In this document: in pieces, positions 25,950 to 32,000 of the stretch
Layout of the letters: each line of letters starts with the position of its first letter
Numbering within the stretch: position 1 is the stretch's first letter
NCBI RefSeq assembly: GCF_965196625.1
Contig: NZ_OZ239769.1
Location: forward strand, 840,001 to 872,000
DNA length: 32,000 bases
Reading direction: 5' to 3'
DNA from: Candidatus Saccharimonadota bacterium
GTDB taxonomy: Bacteria > Bacteroidota > Bacteroidia > Cytophagales > Amoebophilaceae
Position numbers and translations under genes: made by a program
Notes under the pieces: generated by a model
Seen by the model: the letters and a program-made list of their open reading frames with translations, nothing else
Told to the model about the DNA's origin: nothing
Database searches by the model: none

Positions 25950-27971
25950 ATGAAAAGCCTTAAAACTAATTTAGATTCAAATGCAGTATACCTTCCTTCT
26001 GATACCGTTCAAAAAAAAGCATATATCTCATCATTGGATGCATACCTAAAGATGTATCATACCTCCATTGAGGATCCAATTGAATTTTGGAAAAAAATAT
26101 CGGCACAATTTTTCTGGAAAAGCAAGCCTACTGGCCCATTTCTCAGCTATAACTTTGACTTAAAGAAAGGGCCCATTTTCACAAAATGGATGGAAGGCGC
26201 CCTAACAAATGTTTGTTATAACCTAGTGGATAGGCATGTGCAAGATGGATATGGCGACAAGATTGCCTACTATTGGGAAGGGAATGAACCAGATGAACAA
26301 AAACAAATTACCTACCAAGCATTGCTTAAAGAGATTTGTAAATGTGCAAATGTTTTAAAAGCGCTAGGCATAGCAAAAGGCGACCGGGTAGCGATCTACA
26401 TGCCGACCACTATAGAGGCCATCGTAGTAATGTTAAGCTGTGCACGCATTGGTGCGATCCATACGGTTATTTTTACAGGATTTTCAGCAGATGCACTGGC
26501 AACACGCATTATAGCAGCAAAAGCAAAACTCTTGGTAACCGCTAATGGAACATTCCGCGGCACAAAATTTATTCCACTCAAGTCGATTGCTACCCAAGCA
26601 TTGATACAATGTAAAGCAGCTAACCACCCACTCAACGACTGTATTGTTTTTAATCGATTGCAAACCATGAAAAGACGGGAAGGTATACCCGATATTCCAT
26701 GGGACGATTCCATAGATCGTTCCTGGGAAACACTGATGGCATCTGCATCGGATGTGTGTGAACCTGAGTGGATGGATGCGGAAGATCCGCTATTTATCCT
26801 TTACACAAGCGGTTCGACCGGAAAACCCAAAGGCGTGTTGCATACAAGTGGAGGCTATTTACTATATGCAGCAACTGCATTTAAATATGCATTTGACTAC
26901 CACCCAGAAGATCTGTTTTTCTGTTCTGGCGATTTAGGCTGGATTACAGGCCATACTTTTAATGTCTACGGAGCACTTGCCTGTAAAACCACCTCTGTGC
27001 TATTTGACGGCATTCCAACTTATCCAGATGGAGGTCGTTTCTGGGATTTGATTGATAGATACAAGGTAACTACATTTTATACAGCCCCCACTGCGCTTCG
27101 AACCCTTATGCAACTCGAACCCATTTATGTTACAAAATATAGTAGAGCCTCCTTGCGTATACTCGGTTCAGTTGGCGAACCCATTGACCCTTCAACCTGG
27201 AACTGGTTTTACGAAATAGTTGGCGAAAAGCGCTGTCCGATTATTGATACCTTTTGGCAGACAGAGACAGGTGCGCCCATCATTTGTCCACTTCCTGGTG
27301 CCACACCATTAAAACCTGGCGCTGCTACACTTCCTTTTTGGGGCATTGTCCCAACTATTGTTAATGATAATGGCGTTGAAATTATAGGTGAAGGGCAAGG
27401 TCATCTTGTGGTTAAAAATCCCTGGCCAGGGATAGCACGAACGCTTGATGGTAGCCATGAACGGTTTACATCTACTTACTTTGCGCCATACAATGGATAT
27501 TACTATACAGGCGATCGTGCAAAACGCGATGCAGATGGTTATTTTTGGATCATAGGTAGAACAGATGACATGTTGAATAGTTCAGGTTACTTAATATCAA
27601 CCGCTGAGATTGAATCTGCATTAATGCAACACCCATCAGTGGCCGAAGCAGCTGCCGTTTCTGCACCACATGCTACAAAAGGCGAGTCCATCCATTGTTT
27701 TATTGTATTAAAGCATAAATGGTCGTATAATCACATCATTGAATCTGAGATCAAATCAATTGTTCGCCATAAACTAGGCGCCTTTGCGGTTCCAGATCTG
27801 ATATACCCTGTACCTGCTCTGCCTAAAGTAGGCTCTGGTAAAATAATGCGTCGACTACTCAGAAAAATAGTTCGACAAGAAGTGTATTTAGGTGATACCT
27901 CAACACTAGTTGATCAAAGTATTGTCAACCAGCTGCGTGCACTTACACTCAATAAGGTTAAGATTTTTTAA
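25950..27971 (+). CDS. acs: Acetyl-coenzyme A synthetase (AMP-forming)
   Basis: ILYTSGSTGKPKGV (A3), WITGH, TFWQTETG, YYTGD, and SGKIMRR (A10 Lys). 673 aa and full length. Confidence 0.95.
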   Translation: MKSLKTNLDSNAVYLPSDTVQKKAYISSLDAYLKMYHTSIEDPIEFWKKISAQFFWKSKPTGPFLSYNFDLKKGPIFTKWMEGALTNVCYNLVDRHVQDGYGDKIAYYWEGNEPDEQKQITYQALLKEICKCANVLKALGIAKGDRVAIYMPTTIEAIVVMLSCARIGAIHTVIFTGFSADALATRIIAAKAKLLVTANGTFRGTKFIPLKSIATQALIQCKAANHPLNDCIVFNRLQTMKRREGIPDIPWDDSIDRSWETLMASASDVCEPEWMDAEDPLFILYTSGSTGKPKGVLHTSGGYLLYAATAFKYAFDYHPEDLFFCSGDLGWITGHTFNVYGALACKTTSVLFDGIPTYPDGGRFWDLIDRYKVTTFYTAPTALRTLMQLEPIYVTKYSRASLRILGSVGEPIDPSTWNWFYEIVGEKRCPIIDTFWQTETGAPIICPLPGATPLKPGAATLPFWGIVPTIVNDNGVEIIGEGQGHLVVKNPWPGIARTLDGSHERFTSTYFAPYNGYYYTGDRAKRDADGYFWIIGRTDDMLNSSGYLISTAEIESALMQHPSVAEAAAVSAPHATKGESIHCFIVLKHKWSYNHIIESEIKSIVRHKLGAFAVPDLIYPVPALPKVGSGKIMRRLLRKIVRQEVYLGDTSTLVDQSIVNQLRALTLNKVKIF

Positions 27972-28086
27972 TGGATGCATGGGGCAATCTTACCTATTTT
28001 GTAGCTTTGCATAGCTTTTACTTGGTTGCCGCCTAGGCTACTTAAGGGCCTTGCTGTACATTATATAGTAACATAATCCTATCAAT

Positions 28087-29529
28087 ATGGAACAAAAAAA
28101 AATGCTATCTAAGCATGATGCTGCAATAAAAAACCGATCCGAACCCTCTGGTACGCACAACCCTTTGTTGCACAGAAAACTATATATAGAAAGTTACGGC
28201 TGTCAAATGAATTTTTCTGACAGTGAAATCGTAGCTTCTATTATGGCCCAACAAGGTTTTGTTTTTACAAACCAGTATGATGAGGCAGATCTTATCCTCA
28301 TTAACACATGTGCCATTCGAGATAAAGCTGAACAGACCATTCGGAATAGACTATTGGTTTTCAACCAACAAAAGCTAAAACAGCCTGATCTTATTGTAGG
28401 TATCTTAGGTTGTATGGCAGAGCGACTTAAAACGCAACTACTAGAAGAGGAAAAAGTCGTTGATTTGGTAGCGGGTCCAGATGCCTATAGAGACCTACCC
28501 AGATTAATTAGTCAGGTAGATCAAGGCTACAAAGCGGTCAATACCTTTTTATCCAAAGAGGAAACTTATGCGGATATTGCGCCCATTCGGTTGCATTCAA
28601 GTGGCGTAACTGCTTTTATCTCTATTATGAGGGGGTGCAACAACATGTGTTCTTTTTGTATTGTGCCTTTTACCCGAGGGCGTGAACGGAGCAGAGACCC
28701 CTATTCTATCGTCCAAGAAGCTAAAAAATTATTTGAAGCAGGTTATAAGGAAGTTACCCTTTTAGGGCAAAATGTAGACTCCTATAGTTGGCATCCATCT
28801 ATGGCAGCGACTGCTTCGCTAGATAGCGCAAGCAACCAGACCATCCACTTTCCCCAATTACTGGCCATGGTGGCTGAGATTGACCCCAAGTTAAGGGTGC
28901 GCTTTTCTACCTCTCATCCTAAAGATATGACCGATGAGGTGTTGTATACCATGAAGGCCTATGACAACATCTGCAAGCACATTCACCTCCCTGTCCAAAG
29001 TGGCAATAGCCGCATCCTCAAGCGCATGAATCGTACCTACGATCGGGAATGGTATATAGAAAGAATTCATGCGATTAGAAATATTCTAGGCCCATCTTGT
29101 GCTATTTCTTCTGATATGATTGCAGGCTTTTGCTCGGAAACAGAGGAAGAACACGCAGATACGCTTTCGCTCATGGATTACGTGCAATATGATTTTTCTT
29201 TTATGTTTTACTATTCCGAACGGCCAGGTACATTAGCCGCCAGAAAATATCCAGATGATGTTCCAGAGGATGTTAAAAAACGCAGATTAAGTGAAATTAT
29301 AGCCAAGCAACGTGCCCATGCCTTGATGCACCATCAAAAAAGTATAAATCAAGTTTATCAAGTTTTAATTGAAAAATGCTCTAAAAAATCAGACGACTTT
29401 TTCCAAGGCAGAACCAGCCAAAATAAGATCGTTGTATTCCCCAAAGGGGCCTATAAAATAGGAGATTACGTAGATGTACAGATTACAAGCTGCAATGCAG
29501 CTACCCTATTTGGCACCGTGTTATCTTAA
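28087..29529 (+). CDS. miaB: tRNA-2-methylthio-N6-dimethylallyladenosine synthase (radical SAM methylthiotransferase)
   Basis: N-terminal UPF0004 cluster [15 protein letters not shown]...INTCAIR. Radical-SAM [20 protein letters not shown]-terminal TRAM domain. Confidence 0.95.
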   Translation: MEQKKMLSKHDAAIKNRSEPSGTHNPLLHRKLYIESYGCQMNFSDSEIVASIMAQQGFVFTNQYDEADLILINTCAIRDKAEQTIRNRLLVFNQQKLKQPDLIVGILGCMAERLKTQLLEEEKVVDLVAGPDAYRDLPRLISQVDQGYKAVNTFLSKEETYADIAPIRLHSSGVTAFISIMRGCNNMCSFCIVPFTRGRERSRDPYSIVQEAKKLFEAGYKEVTLLGQNVDSYSWHPSMAATASLDSASNQTIHFPQLLAMVAEIDPKLRVRFSTSHPKDMTDEVLYTMKAYDNICKHIHLPVQSGNSRILKRMNRTYDREWYIERIHAIRNILGPSCAISSDMIAGFCSETEEEHADTLSLMDYVQYDFSFMFYYSERPGTLAARKYPDDVPEDVKKRRLSEIIAKQRAHALMHHQKSINQVYQVLIEKCSKKSDDFFQGRTSQNKIVVFPKGAYKIGDYVDVQITSCNAATLFGTVLS

Positions 29530-29543
29530 GCATACGAAATGCT

Positions 29544-30791
29544 ATGAAAGAAGATCTTCAATACATCAAACAACGGTTTAATATTATTGGCAATGCCCCA
29601 TTGTTGAATAGAGCTATTGAGATAGCGATGCAGGTTGCTGCTACGGATCTGTCTGTGCTCATTACGGGTGAAAGTGGTACTGGAAAAGAGTCTTTTTCAA
29701 AAATTATTCATGCACTGAGTCCCTACCGACATGGTAACTTTATAGCCATTAACTGTGGAGCGATTCCAGAAGGCACAATAGATTCTGAGCTTTTTGGCCA
29801 TGAAAAAGGTGCCTTTACGGGTGCCTTAGAAAATCGAAAAGGCTATTTTGAAGAAGCCAATGGTGGAACCATTTTTCTAGATGAAATAGGTGAAATGCCT
29901 TTGGGCACACAAACCAGACTGTTGCGTGTACTAGAATATGGAGAATATGTAAAAGTAGGTGCCTCTAACGTACAAAAAACTAAAGTGCGTGTAGTAGCAG
30001 CTACGCATGTAGATTTACTCCATGCCATTAGGCAAGGAAAATTCCGAGAAGACTTATACTACAGACTCAATACCGTGCCGATTACCATACCCCCTTTGCG
30101 TGAACGGGGTGCAGATATTATACAATTGTTTCATAAATTTTCTAGTGATTTTGCTGCCAAATACAGAATTAAACCGCTAGAAATCAGCTCAGAAGCAAAA
30201 GACATTTTACGCACTTATCCATTTCCAGGCAACATTCGTCAACTAAAAAATATTGTTGAGCAAATGGCACTGCTGGAAGACGTCATGCTGGTTACACCCA
30301 AGGTAATAGAAAAGTATCTACCGAAAGAGCAAAGCCATACGTTACCAGTGCTTTATAAGCAATGGAACGACCATGGGCTGCTTGAAAAAGAATATATATA
30401 TCCCATCCTCTTTGATTTAAAAAGAGATATTGCAGAATTAAAAGCACTCATGTTCAATTTCATTGAGTCTGGTTCCATTAAAAATCCTATGATCAAAGAT
30501 CATGCGCAGCTATCCCGAGCCTACAGTGACCAAGAAAAGATAGCTAAGAAAATCCATTTTTTGGATACAGCGCAATCCTTTAAAGAAGATAATGTAAATT
30601 GCATAGGAGCGTCTTATGATGCAGCAGAAAACCTTTCTATTGAAGCCCAAGAACAAGCATTGATTCGCAGATCTTTGCAGAAAAATCATGGAAATCGCAA
30701 AAGTGCAGCGGATGATTTAGGGATTTCAGAAAGAACACTCTATCGAAAAATTAAACAATATGAGATTGAAGAATCCGATTTTAAGAAATAG
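29544..30791 (+). CDS. Sigma-54-dependent transcriptional activator (bEBP) with no N-terminal receiver or sensor domain
   Basis: The protein starts about 25 aa before Walker A (ITGESGTGKE). It has the GAFTGA loop (EKGAFTGAL), Walker B IFLDEIGE, R-finger region REDLYYRL, and a C-terminal Fis-type HTH (AADDLGISERTLYRKIK). Confidence 0.9.
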   Translation: MKEDLQYIKQRFNIIGNAPLLNRAIEIAMQVAATDLSVLITGESGTGKESFSKIIHALSPYRHGNFIAINCGAIPEGTIDSELFGHEKGAFTGALENRKGYFEEANGGTIFLDEIGEMPLGTQTRLLRVLEYGEYVKVGASNVQKTKVRVVAATHVDLLHAIRQGKFREDLYYRLNTVPITIPPLRERGADIIQLFHKFSSDFAAKYRIKPLEISSEAKDILRTYPFPGNIRQLKNIVEQMALLEDVMLVTPKVIEKYLPKEQSHTLPVLYKQWNDHGLLEKEYIYPILFDLKRDIAELKALMFNFIESGSIKNPMIKDHAQLSRAYSDQEKIAKKIHFLDTAQSFKEDNVNCIGASYDAAENLSIEAQEQALIRRSLQKNHGNRKSAADDLGISERTLYRKIKQYEIEESDFKK

Positions 30792-31293
30792 TGTATACTT
30801 TTTTTTTAGCGTATTATCGTTGTACAGTTGTGGTCTTTTTACTTTTTCAGGTACTTCACTTCATCCTGATATCAAGACCTTTTCTGTTCAAACCTTTTAT
30901 ACAGAGGTTTCAGATGGTCCAACAGATATGCCGAGAAAGCTTACTGACATACTTTCAGAGAAAATATTACGCACTACTAATTTAACTAAAGAAGAGAAAG
31001 AAGGTGACATCCAATTTGAAGGCATCATTAAGTCCTTTTCATATCGCAGCACCTACAGTACAAAAGGTGAAGATGGTAATACTACTAAAGAAATACAACG
31101 TCTAACCATCACGATAGAAGTTTCTTTCTTAAATGCTGCTGATGAGGAATCCTCATTTAAGAAAAAACAATTTTCAGCTAGCGCAGATATGCTTTCTACT
31201 GAAAATAAATTAGACAAAGAACCTGAATTGGTGGAAGAAATTTTCCGTCAACTAGTGGATGATGTTTGTAGCAAATCTATAGATAATTGGTAA
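30760..31293 (+). CDS. lptE: LptE-like outer-membrane lipoprotein (probable)
   Basis: Signal and lipobox FFFSVLSLYSCG. 177 aa. FSVQTFYTEVSDGPTDMPRKLTDILSEKI resembles Bacteroidota LptE-family proteins. It sits after miaB and the sigma-54 activator, which I recall as the conserved arrangement in Bacteroidota. It overlaps the activator's 3' end by 32 nt. Confidence 0.5.
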   Translation: MRLKNPILRNSVYFFFSVLSLYSCGLFTFSGTSLHPDIKTFSVQTFYTEVSDGPTDMPRKLTDILSEKILRTTNLTKEEKEGDIQFEGIIKSFSYRSTYSTKGEDGNTTKEIQRLTITIEVSFLNAADEESSFKKKQFSASADMLSTENKLDKEPELVEEIFRQLVDDVCSKSIDNW

Positions 31294-31312
31294 GATTCAA
31301 ATTGTTTTTACC

Positions 31313-31948
31313 ATGCAAGTTCAAAAACTATTAAAATTATTGGAGCAGCCTGCAACGCTTTCACCAGCAGATATACCTGATCTAGAAGCGCTTATACAAA
31401 GATATCCCTATTTCTACCTAGCCCATGCGCTCCTTGCCAAGGTAACCTATAGGCAGGAAAAAGATGTAGAAAAGTATGCGGTTCAAAGAGCTGCTACCTA
31501 TGCGGTTGACCGCACACATTTGCGCAAATGGCTGGAAAATAAACTTTCACAACCACCAATTTTCAGAAGCGTCCATGCCAAATCTACGCAGGAAGCATCT
31601 GTTACCATTAATAATTATTTAGAGATAATTGCCAAAAAGACCGTTAAAAAGAGCACAAATGAAAACAGTATCAAGCAGTTTTCTATTATAGATAATATTT
31701 TAAATAAAAACTTGCAATTTGATCCCTGTATGGAAATAGTGCTATTAAACGAAGAAGCATCCGTAGATCTTTCCGAACAAGGCACTGCGCTAGATGATCG
31801 TTTTGCAACTGAAACATTAGCTAAAATAATGGTTCAACAGAAAAAATACAAACGCGCCATTGAAATTTACAACCATTTAATGGCAAAACATCCTGAAAAA
31901 AAATCGTATATTGAGGGCATCATTTCTAATTTAAATAGTGATCTTTAG
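31313..31948 (+). CDS. Hypothetical protein with a C-terminal TPR-like helical repeat
   Basis: 211-aa ORF. The C-terminus ETLAKIMVQQKKYKRAIEIYNHLMAKHPEKKSYIEG has a TPR-like spacing. No enzymatic motif. Confidence 0.55.
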   Translation: MQVQKLLKLLEQPATLSPADIPDLEALIQRYPYFYLAHALLAKVTYRQEKDVEKYAVQRAATYAVDRTHLRKWLENKLSQPPIFRSVHAKSTQEASVTINNYLEIIAKKTVKKSTNENSIKQFSIIDNILNKNLQFDPCMEIVLLNEEASVDLSEQGTALDDRFATETLAKIMVQQKKYKRAIEIYNHLMAKHPEKKSYIEGIISNLNSDL

Positions 31949-31950
31949 TT

Positions 31951-32000
31951 ATGTTTATATTCAATCTGATTACCATACTTATTATTATCGTAGCCATTCT
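31951..32000 (+). CDS. Start of a small hydrophobic protein running off the right edge, possibly SecG
   Basis: ATG at 31951, then MFIFNLITILIIIVAI..., an open hydrophobic N-terminus of the SecG type. The assignment rests on remembered Bacteroidota synteny (LptE ... SecG) and only 16 codons. Confidence 0.3.
   Translation, partial: MFIFNLITILIIIVAI

Noticed and set aside
1-32000. Scan for CRISPR arrays, rRNA/tRNA genes, sigma-54 (-24/-12) promoters and toxin-antitoxin pairs
   Set aside because: I saw no regularly spaced direct repeats, no cloverleaf-compatible GC-rich ~75-nt segments in intergenic regions, no TGGCAC-N5-TTGC in intergenic DNA, and no small adjacent ORF pairs of TA type. This was a by-eye scan only; tRNAscan-SE, Infernal and CRISPR finders should confirm it.

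Overview
AT-rich bacterial chromosome segment. Gene content and order suggest Bacteroidota: a fused secDF, the run miaB / receiver-less sigma-54 activator / LptE-like lipoprotein / TPR protein / probable secG, a TTTG-N20-TAnnTTTG promoter candidate, and a GG-type leader peptide. The low GC and heavy gene decay would fit a host-associated or intracellular lineage such as Amoebophilus or Cardinium, but that attribution is inference only.

The window has two parts. (1) Bases 1-6800 are a decaying accessory region. It holds a 434-codon open frame that runs off the left edge and is missing from the ORF track; its N-terminus looks nuclease-like. It also holds two differently broken AAA-ATPase-like/PD-(D/E)XK (DUF1703-type) pseudogenes, a 5'-truncated IS110-family transposase remnant beside a 22-bp inverted repeat, a truncated JmjC/cupin gene, and an intact Nudix gene. 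(2) Bases 7000-32000 are mostly housekeeping: an SSS transporter, htrA-lptC-murG, cysS, a 2-oxoacid dehydrogenase E2, mgtE, secDF, an MFS transporter, an esterase, nth, acs, miaB, a sigma-54 activator and an LptE-like gene.

Three things interrupt the housekeeping part. One is a Ser/Pro-rich disordered putative lipoprotein. One is a 435-bp gene-remnant gap. The third is an orphan 71-aa peptide with a double-glycine leader whose frame stays open past a single TAG into a GC-rich, Cys-rich, hairpin-forming stretch.

I found no rRNA, tRNA or CRISPR array by eye, and no complete multi-gene novel system can be demonstrated from this window. The best leads are the left-edge nuclease-like ORF, the GG-leader peptide locus, the proline-rich putative effector and a eukaryote-like acs.
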